From NCBI GenBank assembly GCA_963693365.1, contig CAVNZM010000009.1, positions 3,846,231 to 3,910,230 of the forward strand: DNA of 64,000 bases. The letters are read 5' to 3'. Source of the stretch: Amoebidium appalachense (lineage: Eukaryota; Protista; Ichthyosporea). The notes beneath the pieces were generated by a model, which worked only from the letters and a program-made list of their open reading frames with translations, had not been told where the DNA came from and made no database searches. The translations under genes and the position numbers were made by a program. Below, in pieces: positions 1-16,660 of the stretch. How positions within the stretch are numbered: the stretch's first letter is position 1; the number at the start of each line of letters is the position of its first letter.

Positions 1-482
1 AATAAGTACTTCGGACTCTGCAACACATTCTTAACACACCCCCCCCCCCTCTCTCCCCCCAAGCCTGCCAACGCTTTGCAGGGGTCGGAAATCATGTTTT
101 GCGGGTGGTGGTAGATGTGGTTTGGAAATGGAAATGCCTTTGTTGTTTTCCTTTTGCCCTTTTGCTGGCGGACAAAGATGTGTGTTAGCCTCCCCCCCCC
201 CCCCCCCCTCCCTCATGTGTGGATGAGCTGCTCGTGATGTGTACTCTTTACGGAGTCTGGATTATTGTGTTAGTCGAAAGAGTGTTTTTCGTATTCTGTG
301 ATGCATTCTGATCATCCCACCCCCACTCCCCCCACCCCCACCCCTTCCCCCCTTTTCCTCCGTCTTTTAATTGCCAACCCTCCTCTACATGTTTCCTCCC
401 CCCTTCCCCTTCTCCCCCTGTTGCCAACAGACTCGCACTACACGTACACACGTGCACGTGCGCGCACACACGCACGCACGCG

Positions 483-571
<89 letters not shown>

Positions 572-581
572 AATACCACAG

Positions 582-2752
<2,171 letters not shown>

Positions 2753-4302
2753 TAATTGCCGATCTCCCCCGGGCCTTTTGCTCATTTAGTTGAGAAGCAT
2801 TTTTTTTTGTGTGTGTGCTAAAAAGCTGTGTACTGGTCATGGTTTATGTAGGCTGATGTGACAGATCCCCCCCCCCCCTTCCCCGGAGGGTCACACACAC
2901 AACGTGTACACATACACTCCCACACACCCGACCCGGCTTCCCGGTCTCCATCCACCCTTTATATGCTCCAGGTTTAATTTTTAGGATCAATTTACGGTGG
3001 ATTAACCAGGAAGGTCAAAAATAGCGAAACCAGCCCAAAAAAAGAAATAGGAATATGCAATAAAATATTATATAGTAGTGCTGTTTGATACGGGCTTTTA
3101 TAGTGGTAGACACTTGCACAAGTCGAGCTTGTCTGAAACGTTCCATTACTTTCGTTGGAAGCAACAGATTAGATATATATCACGGAAAATGTCACAGTTG
3201 CGCTATAAATTCCTACTTTTTTATTGGCTTTATAAAACTAGATTTGTAGACATTCTGCAGGAAATTAAAAGGCAGCGAACATTTAGTCGCAGCTGATGTA
3301 TGATGTCGTGTCGCAAATCCGATCAACACCCAGCTTTTAGGGTGTGCATGCAGGCAGACCCACTTTCTAATCCATATGCATGATGTAGGGTAATAATCGT
3401 ACTATTTCAAAGTACACACAAATGTAAAGCATATTATAATAATAAAGAAATAAAAAATAATGGCCATTCAAAAGTGTTCTGTGCGCACCCACCCGAGCAG
3501 GTTATCCTCTCCGTGGGGAGGAGTGGAGCTGGATGGCTGCCACTTGATATGTACACTGCCCACGGGGGGAAGATATGCGAGTCCTCCCCCCCCCCCCCCC
3601 CCCCTCCCCCTGGCCACCACCACCACCACCAGTACCACCAGCACACACACATGTGGCACTGCACGACCTCCCTGCAGCTGAACCCCTTTGTGGCCGCAAG
3701 TGTTGGTCATATGCATGCGAGTGCTTTCTGATGTCGCCCAGCCAGGTAACTACAGACACCCGTGGCCGTGCAACCCTAGTACGCACTATGTGCACCACAT
3801 TACTTCCGGAGTCAGAAAAAATCACATAGCCGTGGAGGCAAGACAGCTAGCTACATTAGAGTCTTCAAGGCATCTTTCAAAGTCTCGCCGATTCCAAATA
3901 GCCGTATCTCCCCCCCTACCCCCGCCTCCCCCATTCCCTCCGGGACCCCCCCTCCCCCACAAGGCTCCCCCCCTTCCCCCCCCCGCTTCTCCCCCTCCCC
4001 CCCCCCCCTCCTCCCCCCCCCCCCCTCCCCCCCCTCCCCTCCCCCGGCGGTGCCACAACCCGGCCTAGCCCCCTCTTTGTCTCTTTTCTCTCGCCCCCAG
4101 CCCCACACCCCCCACCTTCCCGCTTTCTGGCGCACGAATATGCGTGCATACACCTCCGACAACATTACTCGCACACCCTTCACAGGTGGCATCCACACTC
4201 AACTCACACACGCCGCGCATGCACACACCCACACCACATACACACAGTGTCACACACACGCGCGCGCACACACAAACACACACGCACACACACGTACACA
4301 GT

Positions 4303-4334
<32 letters not shown>

Positions 4335-4678
4335 CACAATGCATGCGTATAAATTAGAACAAATTCGAATTCGTACTTGTACATTCGCTCAATCAGCACC
4401 AACGTTTTTTCAGACAACTTGTCAATGATGCCGGGTGCATCGTTCGAAACACACACACACACACACCCACACCCACACACACACACACACACACACATGC
4501 GCGCGCACAAACACAGGCTCACACGCACACGCACACGCACGCACACGTGCATGCATGCATGAAGGTGCACATTGGGTTTTGGGTATTATCCCTTCATCTG
4601 CACAGGGCATGCTTTAGAAAGCAGTCAGGCAGTGGACTGTGGCGCGTTGAAGCGTTGAAACAACGCTCGTGGCATTTC

Positions 4679-4719
<41 letters not shown>

Positions 4720-5016
4720 ATTTCGTAACTGTCCGTTTTGTTGTTTTTTTGTTGGAATGTCAATCTACCCCCATCACGACCTTGGCCTACCAATCAAAAG
4801 TTGCGTAGCGGGAATCTCCATTTCCCCATATACCACAAATCGATAAGCTATTACAATTTATTCGACGGAAAGATGTGCAAGTGCACGGCATACTGAGAAG
4901 ACAATAAAAACTTCATGAGTTATCCAGTAACAAGTGCATACTGAGATACCTGAACACTGTGTGAAAATCATATAAATACTCAATGTGACGACCAACGGAA
5001 TTTAACAAAAAGTATA

Positions 5017-5066
5017 AAGTGTTCACATTGCCAGCCAGTGTACACTGGCTGGCAAAGTGAACACTT
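5017..5066. repeat. 50-bp loop-less palindrome (one mismatch)
   Basis: AAGTGTTCACATTGCCAGCCAGTGT|ACACTGGCTGGCAAAGTGAACACTT. Confidence 0.9.
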
Positions 5067-5069
5067 AAG

Positions 5070-5233
5070 ACAGAAAAATTATAACTCAATTGGTTCAGCA
5101 TCAGCGAACGAAAAACCAACTGCACCAAATCTGGTACGTCTTGATACTAAAAATAGCACCAAAACGTACCAGATTTGGTGCAGTTGGTTTTTCGGTCGCT
5201 GACGCTGAACCAATTGAGTTATAATTTTTCTGT
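5070..5233. repeat. 164-bp fold-back inverted repeat (MITE-like element or hairpin RNA)
   Basis: Arms 5070-5148 and 5155-5233 (79 bp each, 5 mismatches) with a 6-nt loop AAAAAT. CAG...CTG termini, TA on the right flank and GA on the left. Confidence 0.85.
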
Positions 5234-6209
5234 ACTGAACTTTTAGAGAAAACACTACTCACATAATTATCATGCAAAAATTATAGATCTAGCGCATAAT
5301 TGGTGTACCTTTTTGCTCTCGATGTAACCCTGTTTTTCATATGAATTTGGCCCGGAGACCGATGTTCCAGCTCACCCACCGTTACATGGAGATCTTGAGC
5401 ATGCATTCCTCTGATCCTATAGATAGCTCTGATTGGCTGTAGTCCCACGCACTTCATTGCTGGGATATTTAGGTGAAATATACAATAGGCCCTATTTGGG
5501 CTTAAGTTTCGATACCACCAGCTATAGATGCATATAAACACACAAATATATTTATCAAATATTGGTATTCATGCCACCAATAGGGTTTTGAATGTGTTGA
5601 TGCTCGGGGGATATATTATCTGGTGCTGATCCCCTGTTTGCGCTCAACCAATCAATTGCGGCTCGGAAAATAGGGTTACTACTATTACTGATATGAACAT
5701 CTGAAAAGCAACCTTTCGACCGCATAGTCGCTTTAAAAAGAGCTTTAAAAACATGTAAACCAATAGCAAAGGGATTACCCTTCATGAAATTATTCCTCAT
5801 ATTGCCGTGAAGGCTCACCCAGTTATTAGTGCTATCCATGAGCGTCCCAGGCAGATGGTGTCACACACACACACACTGTTGCTCCTACAAAAAAAACCTA
5901 GGATACGAACGTTGTGGCATTGTGTTTGACGTGTTACAAAAGTTTCGCTTCACTAATTAGAACGAGCTTATTTAGTTAACTCTGCGTAGACCACACATTT
6001 AAGAAAGAGAGTTACACAAGAAAAAACACCTCCACGCACTCCAAGCTACAGCAAATGCGAAACACACCGAAAATGAAGGTCCTCGTTCGTCAGAGTTCAG
6101 CCCGCCTTGCGCTGGCTAAGAATGTCATGCCCCCTATTCCTGGTATACTGTCAAGCCGGTGCCAAGCTACTACAGTGACACCGGCTCTGAGGATGAGGGG
6201 TGTGAGGAC

Positions 6210-7215
6210 ATGAATGAACAGCAGAAATTTTCTGCGAGGATGGAGCTGGAGCATTTCTCGTATGACGGACTTGTGGAAAGGGCGTTCAACGAAATGGCCC
6301 GCGTGTTGCTCGGACTCACTGGGTAAGTGATCGTACTCTTTACTCGCACTATTTAAAGAATAATAAGAGGATACGCGCATCCATATTTGGTACTTTTTGT
6401 TATGATAGAATAGTCTATCTGTTTATTCCTGCTCTTTTGCGGACTGGCATCCCCTCAGGTATATAAAGCAGCCGGGCCATCCTCAGGTGGTACCAGAGGA
6501 TCCGAGATCTCAAACCACTTCCTGCGAACCTCTCTACTCTCGATCCGCTATGTAAAAGTGATTGTCTCTTACAGAGGTCACAGGACCGAATCCTGCCTCT
6601 GCTCCACATTTATTCTGATACTTTTACTTGCAGCAGCTTTAGCAACACGATACATGCAACCTTCGAACCGTAGACTTGGACGATCATTAACAGCAACCTG
6701 CGACCTGGTCTGGTCTTTTTTTTAAAAAAGTTGGTATATCAAGTTTGTTATTTTGTAAAGGTACTGACTTGTGATGATCTTTCAGGGGTGACCTAAACGA
6801 GTGCTTGGGTGTGATTGAGGCCGTCTTCGGTGTGGACAACCCCATGTCTTGGCTGCCCTGCATGACCCAACCTGCCCTCCAAGAGTGCACCACGCCTGAG
6901 GAGTCTGTGCTCGGTGTCATCAAGAACTTTGCCCGCCTGCGCCACATCCTTCTGTCCAGAAACAACACCGCACAAGATCAACGCCAGGTGTTTGGGCCCG
7001 AGGATCTTGAAATTGCCCAGCAATCTCTTGAAAGCCTGGGCAAGATTGCACCTTGCCAAGTCTTCAAATACGTTTTTCGTTTCAACCGCTATGCTGTGGC
7101 TGAGGGGACCGTGTGCTCAAGAATTCTGGACTTGGAGAGCGAACTGCGCTTGTTCTGCAACGACACAGAGGTCAAGGATAACACAATTCTGTCCCTCCCT
7201 GCGTTTCAGTTGTAA
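6210..7215 (+). CDS. Candidate uncharacterised multi-exon gene with short introns (boundaries uncertain)
   Basis: MNEQQKFSARMELEHFSYDGLVERAFNEMARVLLGLTG ends at a consensus donor GTAAGT (6323). A non-repetitive ORF 6805-7215 (…IKNFARLRHILLSRNN…) follows a TTTCAG acceptor at about 6786. No family recognised and internal exons not resolved. Confidence 0.35.
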
Positions 7216-7741
7216 AGTTTTGAATCTGCTTGCTTATCGATCGAATGCTTCATGGTTTATCCGATGATGAAAAAACCATTGTTGTATGTGTACAGAAAGA
7301 ACATATTTTTCACGAAATCCCGTCTAAAAAGATTACCTCCCTCATCGATTGTACGGTCTGGTTTGCCGGAGATACATCCTCATGTATATGGTTATCACTT
7401 GCTTGGGCGTTAACAGCCACGCCCAAAAGCAGACATAGCCTGCTTTCGTATGGAGATTTACGATTATGTACGTTACCAATGACTTCTTCCTTGGTGGCTT
7501 CTCTTACAGCTTGTATTATCTACTGTACTCTTCTTGAATATTTGTAGGGCCGGAACCTGCAACGTATACGAAACAGCTATAGTATAGTTGTCTGTATTTT
7601 TAATAAATGATACGATATACCCTCGATTCTGACTTTCAGAGATGGCCTGCATTCTACTCAAAGAAGGTCGGACTGGCGCTTTGTGTTTCATGATGTTAGT
7701 GAGACCCCAACAAAAATCACAAGCACAAGAAAACTGGGGAA

Positions 7742-7778
<37 letters not shown>

Positions 7779-8767
7779 GGGGGAGGACGGGCAAACAAGT
7801 GCTATTCATACACTCTGTTGCACGGTTTGTTTGTTTCAAATGTGAAAATCACTGTTTGTTTCAAATCTGAAATCACAAAGCAGGTGCAAGGGGATTTTCT
7901 TTAGAGGCTGAATAGATGTCCATTATTTCAGGCGAGAGCAAGCGAATTCACCTGAGAGGGCTAACGCTGTTTATTCGAGGGGCAGCCTGGACCGGTTAGC
8001 TGGTATGGGATGTTTGTTAGGAATATCCCGTTTATTATTTGGTGCCACACTAGGAATGAATGGAAGGGACCACTTATTTATACAATAAACTCTTCATATC
8101 TATTCATTTTATTTCTCCCGGATGACTTTCGCAGAAAAATAGGGTAGCTTAGGGGTAGGCAAACACAGAGACGTATAACAGAGAGGAGTTACATTGGTCG
8201 ATTGTGGGGCCTTGGTCCATAGGCTCAGTGTTTACTATAACTGTATATACACGAGGTTGTATCACAAAGAACGAGCATTGTAAAAACAATGCAGAAATTC
8301 ATAGCGGTAGTGGGCACCTGATGGTGTTTGCTATTCTGGTTGCTATACAGTAGTGTTGGAGGCGAGAAATACAAGGTTGCAAAGCCTGAGTGTGGTTTTT
8401 CGCGGATATGCCGCGTTATTATAATCGAGTGTAGCCTAAAAAGGAGGCTCTAAGTGCGGACATCAACATGATTTGAATGCCTAAATTCCAAATCGATCGA
8501 ATGAGAATCGGAAATCAAGGTTAGACCATGCTGACGATCCCAATGGTTTGAGATCGCAATTATGCTTGGAGTGATGGTGCTTTTGGCGGGGAAATCAAGT
8601 GGCCGTTAAATGTATAACACGCACCGTGCACCAGAAACAGACGTCCTTGTAGAAACTTAAGACTGTGAACTTCCCTCGGCTTTTATTTTACCTTCTTGTC
8701 ATTTTTCAGGTACTGTAAACATTGGACATAAGTTGTTACAGAGCAAAAAACCTGCGCCCAAGATAAG

Positions 8768-10267
8768 ATGGCAGGGAAGGATAAAGAGCGCAAGAAAGAG
8801 GGAACCAGCGAGAGTCCACGTAAAAAACACAAGGTTGCTAGTGCAAGCCAAAATTCCGTGGGTGAATCGCCCCTGAAAGCGATCAAAAAAGAGTTGGGAG
8901 AAGATGAGGAAAACTGGGGAGATTATAACATGGATGAAGAGATACAGAGTAGTCAGGGGGTGAAGAAGAAGGGTGCCAACAAGGCTGAAAAACCAAAGCC
9001 AAAACACAAAAAAGGCGGGGAGGAGGAAGAAGGAAATAAGAAGTCGCCGAAAAAGCCCAAGAAGGCCAAGAAGCCTGTAGTGAAGGTAAAACACACTAAC
9101 CCCCTTTTTTCAACTCGATCTCCCTTCCTTATCAGTACCCCAGCCACTCCCCTCTCTCTTCTGCCCCCTTTCTCCCCCCCGCCCCCCTCCCCAAACACCC
9201 TTGTTCCCCCTTCTGTCCCTCCTCCCTTTACCTTTGACCAAAGTGGCGTGGTAGATCATGCGCTCACCTGCACATAACATTCACAAGCAGCTCTGTGCAC
9301 GTGCTTGCCTGACTCTGACACACAATACCACCCAATCACATGTTAGCACTGTATTCTGGTTTTTTTTTATTCTTGTTGTTTTCGCTCCATCCTGTACCAA
9401 TACAGAGATAAGGGGTGGGGGGAGGAGGGGAGAGAGGGGTTGGGCACGTGGGAGGATCATTGGCTGGTGCAACTTTCTCTTTTCTGTCTTTGCGAATCTG
9501 CAAAAATACCCCAATGCCGCACGGTTACAATCTTCACCAGTGCAGCAATGGTAAAAGTGTGTTTACGTAATTGTGCACATTCACCTTGTCTTCCATCGAC
9601 ACGTTCATCCTATATTGTTGCCCTGCTCTTGGGACGCAATATTTCATTTGTTTCAAAGTGGGGCTCTAAGGTCCAAGCTGAAATCCGTTGCCGCTGTGTT
9701 TTGCAAATTAGTTGGTGCAGTTCACATCACAGTAAGAAACCATGCAGCTACTGGTACACATCCTTTCCTGCAAACGATGTTAACAAGGCACTGATGTTCA
9801 CCAGCAATATACTGTCTGACTTTGCTTTGTTGCGCAAACCAGGAATCGGCATCTGACGCAGGTTCAGACGCTGAGGAGGAGGAGGAAGGTGCCAACCAAA
9901 AGAAGAAGACGAAGAAGAAGCGTTCCGCCAAAGAGGCGGGTGTTGATGGGGAGGAAAAGAAATCTCGCAAGCGCCGCAAAGTGGTGAAACATGCAAACGC
10001 CCCCAAGAAGTGTAGGACTGCCTTGGAGTTCTTTAAAGAGGAACATGAGGCTGAAGTGAAGGTGATAGCCCCCCCCCCCCCCCCCCCCCCCCCGTCCGGG
10101 GAGCCTGAGGATGGGTTCTGCTTATGTTGCATACGGTTTGTGTTTGCTGATATTGCATACTTGAGATGCTTGCGTGTGCATGTGTCCTGCACCTCGTAGT
10201 TGTACTTCGTACCGTGTTCCGAATTCTTACCTCCCCCCCCCCCCCCCCTCCCCCTCTCTCCCCATCC

Positions 10268-10334
<67 letters not shown>

Positions 10335-10732
10335 ACGCACACACACACACACACACACACACTCCCCAGGTACAGGGGCACACACAACTCACATACATCA
10401 GTATGCACACACTTACATGTTAACTCTGTAACAAAGCGAGAAAAGAAGGAGGGTGAAAGGGAGAAATGGAAGGGCAACAACATTTTTTTTTCGGCGGAGG
10501 GAGAGGGGGGGGGGGAGGGGGGGGGAGGTGGGGAGGGGGGAGTGAGAGGTTAGGAGGGAGAGGTGTGGGTGTTGGGGTTGGTGTGGTTGAAGGGGGGAGG
10601 GGGAGGGGGAGGGGGGGCTTTCCATCAAGTGCAAAAGAAAGGGAACGTGTGACACATGAGTGTGGTCTGGTGCCTTGATATAGTGCATTGGTTAAGACCC
10701 CATACACACACACGCGCGCGCGCACACACACA

Positions 10733-10771
<39 letters not shown>

Positions 10772-10802
10772 AGACACATACACACAGACACGGTCAGTAG
10801 CA

Positions 10803-10851
<49 letters not shown>

Positions 10852-11015
10852 ACCCACCCACCCACCACCACACACCCGCCCGACCAACCACTTTCCCACC
10901 CACCTTCACCCAATCTATCACCTGGCTGCCACCGGTTCTGCGAACATGTGCGTGTGCCATACACACACACACACACTCAAACACGCGCACATGCACGCGC
11001 GCCCGCGCACAGACA

Positions 11016-11068
<53 letters not shown>

Positions 11069-11889
11069 AGAAGCCGACACCTAAGCACATACACCTAGCC
11101 CCTTTGGCATGCTTTCCCTCCCTGATTCCTGCACCTTTCTTCACCTGTCTTATTCCCCATCTTCTCCCAGTATGTGTGTGTGCCTGTGCGTGCCTGTGCC
11201 TGCGCGTTCACGTAGAGTGCATGCATCTCTCTCCCTTTCCGCCTTCCTTCCCCCCTCCCCTCCCCTTTCACTCCCGTCTCCTACACACACACACACACAC
11301 ACACCCGCTCCCTCTCTCTCTCATTCTGTCTTCCTCTCTGTCTCCTCACTGTCACCCTATCCCCGCTTCTCCCCTCCCCCCTCTCTACACACATACACAC
11401 ACTCTCTCTGCCTCCCCTGTCTGTCACCTTATTCCCACTTCCCGTTCTCTCCCCTCCCTACACACACACACACTCACTCACACGCTCACACACTCACACT
11501 CACATACTCACACATCCCCCCTCCCCCTCCCCCCCTTCTCCCCCCCCCCCCCCCCCCTCCCTTTCTCTCCCATTCTCTCGCCCCCTCCCTCTATATATGT
11601 ATTTCTTTCTGGATGTGTACCTTCCTGCCTCGGTCGGTGGCCCGTTTTCAGTGCTTGTCCGTTTTTGTCCCCCCCCCCCCCACGGGTGACCTACTCATGT
11701 TCAAGTGAAACAGTATCTGAGTTGGGTTTCGTTAACGAGGGGAATAGGTCGAAACTCGGGTACTGTGGATGACGTGGGCCCCCCCTGAGGATGGGCTCTG
11801 CTTATTATGCATACTCTTTATGTATGGCTTGCATTCTGCATCGTGTTATCCGTTTGTTCTTGTGTACTTCGTACTTTTTGACGCATTCA

Positions 11890-11942
<53 letters not shown>

Positions 11943-12618
11943 ACACACACCACACACACCTCCCTTTCTTTTTTGTTCAGTTTTCGTTCCCAATCTGACA
12001 CAAGGTGTGTGGTGATTTGCAGAAAGAAATGCCCGAGATGAGCCGTGCTCAGATCAACGGTGAGTTAGCCAGCCGGTTTGATAGTCTGGAGAAGAAGGAG
12101 AGGAAGAAATATGACAAGTTGGCCAAGCACGATCAGGAGAGATATGCAAAGGTACAATGGGTGTGTGCTTGTACGTGTGTCGTGTGTGTGTTTGTGTGTG
12201 TGTGTGTTTGGGGGGGGGGGGGGGGGGTAGGGTGGATGGGTGGGCTGGTGTGTGTGTGTGTGTGTGTGTGTGGTGTGGGTGGGTGGGTGGGTGGGTGGAT
12301 GGTACGGTGTGTGGGTGTGGGTGTATGTGTGTGTTTTGTGTGTGTGTGTGTGCGTGCGTGTATGAGCCGTAATGTGGGGCTTGTGGTGGTGCGTGTGAAA
12401 ATGATTGGTCGTTTGTATTTGTGTGGCGCTATGTAATGGCTGTGGTGGTTGCTCATCAGTAGATCTTTGAGGTATATATCTGAGGTTACCATGATTATTG
12501 GTATGTGTGTGACGTTATGTAATAGTGGAGGTAGTGGTGATAGGAGAGTTTTCCGGGTGAATACCCAAGGATCAGATTTGCCGTTTGTATATTTGTGGTT
12601 GTCATCATGTTGTTGTTG

Positions 12619-12659
<41 letters not shown>

Positions 12660-13155
12660 GGGGGGAGGAGAGGGAGAGGCAACAGGAACATAAGTTGTCA
12701 AGATGAGTTTAACTCAAAGGCACGATTGAGCAAAGTGGGGTAAGTTGGGGGGTGTCTAAGTCAGTTTATGGTGTGTGGGATGGGGGGGTGAGTGTGTGTG
12801 TGTGTATGTGTGTGGTGGTGGTGGTGGTGGTGGTGGTGGGGGGGGGGGGGGGGGGGGGGGGGGGGGAGAGAATGATGTATCTGTTGGTCTGGTTGGGAGA
12901 AGGGGGGGGGCGGGGGGCGGGGGGCGGGGGGCAAGGGGGCAGATATACGCCATGTCATCCTCCATATGTGGCATGTGTTGGCCTGCTAGACACGCACATG
13001 AGCCTGTATGTGTGTCCTGCTGTGCATGTCACACTCTCCCCTATTGATTCTGTAACGGGTTTTGCCGTTCCATTTCGTTCGATCTTTCTGCACCCCCTCT
13101 CTCTCTTTCCCATCCCCCCATCCCCCCCTCGCACGCAGGCACACATCCACTCACT

Positions 13156-13190
<35 letters not shown>

Positions 13191-13718
13191 GGCATACTCC
13201 ACTTTGCTCACCCATGCAGTCTGGCCCTACAGGAGTACGATGAGTTCAGGGCCAAGCACCCCGACATCGACATCCCACCCCCACCCAACCGCCTGAAGCT
13301 TGGTACATATCCCCCCACGCATACTGTGCACATGGCTGATGTTGCATACTTGAATGTTTGCCTTTGCATGTGTCCTGCGCCATGCTTCTCGTCGTGTATG
13401 CGTACTTCGTACCGTGTTCCGCATTCAAACCCTTTCAAACCCTCCCCCCCCCTTCCCCCCTCCCCCCCCCCCCCCCCCCCCCAGCACCACCACCACACAC
13501 ATGCGCACACAGTGAGAGTGAGAGAGAGGGGGAGGGGGGGGGGGAGGTGGGAGAGAGAGAGACGGATGAGGGAGAGGGGGGGGGGGGGGGGGTTGCACAC
13601 ACGACATAACCCGCGCGTGCACAGACACGCACACAGAGAGTGAGAGACATGGGAAAGAGGGAGTTAAGGAGCTGCACCCATACCACATGCGCACGTGCAC
13701 ACATACACGTGCGCAAAT

Positions 13719-13762
<44 letters not shown>

Positions 13763-13837
13763 AGGGGGCCAATCTGTGCACAGCTGGGCATCATCAGAGT
13801 CTTCCTTCTTTGGCTCTTTACTTCGTGCTGTGTACCT

Positions 13838-13896
<59 letters not shown>

Positions 13897-13956
13897 ACCA
13901 CCACCACCACCACTACCACCACCACCACCACCACCACCACCACAAAAAAAAAAAAA

Positions 13957-13988
<32 letters not shown>

Positions 13989-14077
13989 GAAACACTTCCG
14001 AATCTGTGTGTGCTCGTTCGTTCATAGGGGGCCTGGCTCTCATTTCTTCTCGGTTTTTTCCTTTCTCTCTCTCTCTC

Positions 14078-14111
<34 letters not shown>

Positions 14112-14295
14112 TATCCCTCATTACACCCATTATTATGACCATTCTCACCAACCCGCCTCTCGCCTTTTACACAGTTCCCAAGAAGCCAATGAGTGGATAC
14201 CTCCTCTTTGCCCAGGATTTCCGCGAGTCACACCGTGATTTGGTATCACTCCCACACCCTGTTTTTTCATCCCGTCCCCCTCCCCCCCCCCCCCC

Positions 14296-14329
<34 letters not shown>

Positions 14330-14796
14330 ACCTACACCCATCAAACTGATTGACCTCATTACACACACACACACACGCACACACTCACTCACTCACTCAC
14401 TCACTCACTCACTCGTTCACACACACACACACACGACTATGCCATCGTTACCTCCCGTTTCCATATTCGCTGTTCCCTCCTTAATCCTATTTCTTTGCCT
14501 AATACGACCAAGGCAAGTCTTTCGAAAGTACAGGGGGACATTTCAAGGCACAAAACATTGCTCCTTCGTTTGTAAACCTCAAACCACCATCCCGCAGTAC
14601 ACACGTGCGCAAACAGACACACACACACACACTGTGCATGCGCAGAATGACACACACATCGACATGGCCAGCACCGCAACGACCAACATTCTCTCACCTG
14701 GTTATGTCCTTAAAGAGAGAAAAAAGCAAACAAAAACATTCATATTCATAGGAAACCGTCCTCTTGGAGGGTGGGTGGCTGGGTGTTTTTTTATTT

Positions 14797-14838
<42 letters not shown>

Positions 14839-15178
14839 GGGGGGGGGGAGTAGGGAGGAGAAGGACGAGGAAGGTGGTGGTTGGTGGTGTGTGTGCGTGT
14901 GCGTGTGCGTGTGTGCGTGTGTGTGTGTGTGTGCGCGCGCGCACGAGCGCGCGCATGTGTGTATGTGTGTGTGTGGGGGAGGGGGGGGGGGAAGAGAGAG
15001 GGGGGGGTGCCCATATGCTACATGTATGGGCTGGCAAACTAAGTGTATGGCTATCCTTTTGCAGGGGGTGACTGAGATGATGAAGGAGGCAGGCAAGGAA
15101 TGGGCACGTTTGAGTGCCGAGGAAAAGGAGGGCTACAACAATGAGTCAAAGGTACACCGTGTTCCAGTTAACCCCAAC

Positions 15179-15209
<31 letters not shown>

Positions 15210-15585
15210 TTCCCCCCTCTACCCTCCGGCCTCTGCCTCTCTCATCTCCCCCACCTTCCCCCCCCTCCTCGCCCCCCCGTCCTCCCTCCCCTCCCCCTCC
15301 CCCATTTCCCCCTCTCCCCCTATTTCCCCCGAGTATGGCTCTGCGTCTGTGTTGCATACTTACATGTTTTATTTGCATGCCATTTTGTGTCACGTGTTCT
15401 GCACCGAGTTTCCCATTGTGTGGTTGTGCTTCGTTACGTGTTCCGCATGCCTATTGTTGTAGCCTACTCGTAGTTATGAATTAAAGCATTGTGCAAATTG
15501 AGCTCTTTGAACCACTGGAGTTAGCCCAAACACACATTCTGATGTTATAGTACTCGGCTCTACCTGACAATCTCGTTTGAACATG

Positions 15586-15625
<40 letters not shown>

Positions 15626-15629
15626 CACA

Positions 15630-15660
<31 letters not shown>

Positions 15661-15669
15661 TGTACGCAT

Positions 15670-15734
<65 letters not shown>

Positions 15735-15813
15735 CACTCTGCCCCCCTCCCCCCCCCCCCCCCCCCCTCCCCCCCATTCCCTACACACCCCAACCTATCA
15801 TCACCTTCCCTTC

Positions 15814-15844
<31 letters not shown>

Positions 15845-15921
15845 ATACACAACCCACACACACCCTCCTCCCTCTTCTCCCCCCTCCCCCTCCTCCCCCC
15901 CTCCCCCCCCCCCCCCTCCCC

Positions 15922-15952
<31 letters not shown>

Positions 15953-16628
15953 ACACAGGAGGCCAAGGCAGTCTACGAGGAGACCCTTGCCAGTCTTCCC
16001 TCCGACATCAAGGATGCCATGGAGGCCACCAAGAGGCTCAAAAAGAATGCAAAGATCAAGACGGAGGCCGGTGCAGAGGGCGGGGGTGTGCACGAGGTGC
16101 CCCCCTATGGCCTGTGGGATAAGCATGTATGTGTGGCGCTGCATGTTGCCCTGACCAGTATACATATGACGTGCACCAAAACACACAAGGACACGTACGG
16201 GTGCGCTGCACACACAGAAGCACACTTTGAGACAGCCATGTGCACATGTAGACTCGGACACAGACCGGCACAGACACAAATGCGCATATATATGTATATA
16301 TATACACAAACACAGACGGGCGCGGGCACATGCACACACATGCACATACAGAGAGGGGGAGGGCAGGGGGGGGGGGAGAGAGAGAGAGAGAGAGAGAGAG
16401 GGGAGTGAAGGGGATAGAAAGAGAGAGAGAATGTAAGAGGGAGTGGGGGGGGGGGGGGGAGGGGGGGGGAGAGGGAGAGTTAGAGGCATGCTCACAGCAT
16501 AGATGGCATTTTCCGTTTTCCCGGGGTATAGTCACACACACACACACTTACTCACCCACACACACTGACACACACACACCCCCCCCCCCCCCCCCCCTCC
16601 TCTCCCCCTCTTTCTCTCTCTCTCTCTC

Positions 16629-16660
<32 letters not shown>

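Noticed and set aside
5281-5839. Minus-strand ORFs of 86 and 94 aa next to the palindromes, as a possible transposase or HUH nuclease
   Set aside because: No DDE, HUH or RT motif is visible, and the ORFs are short and not joinable.
7905-8060. Small hairpins and words reminiscent of 16S rRNA (CCTGAGAGGG, GCCACACT)
   Set aside because: Isolated 8-10-mers with no colinear similarity, consistent with chance.
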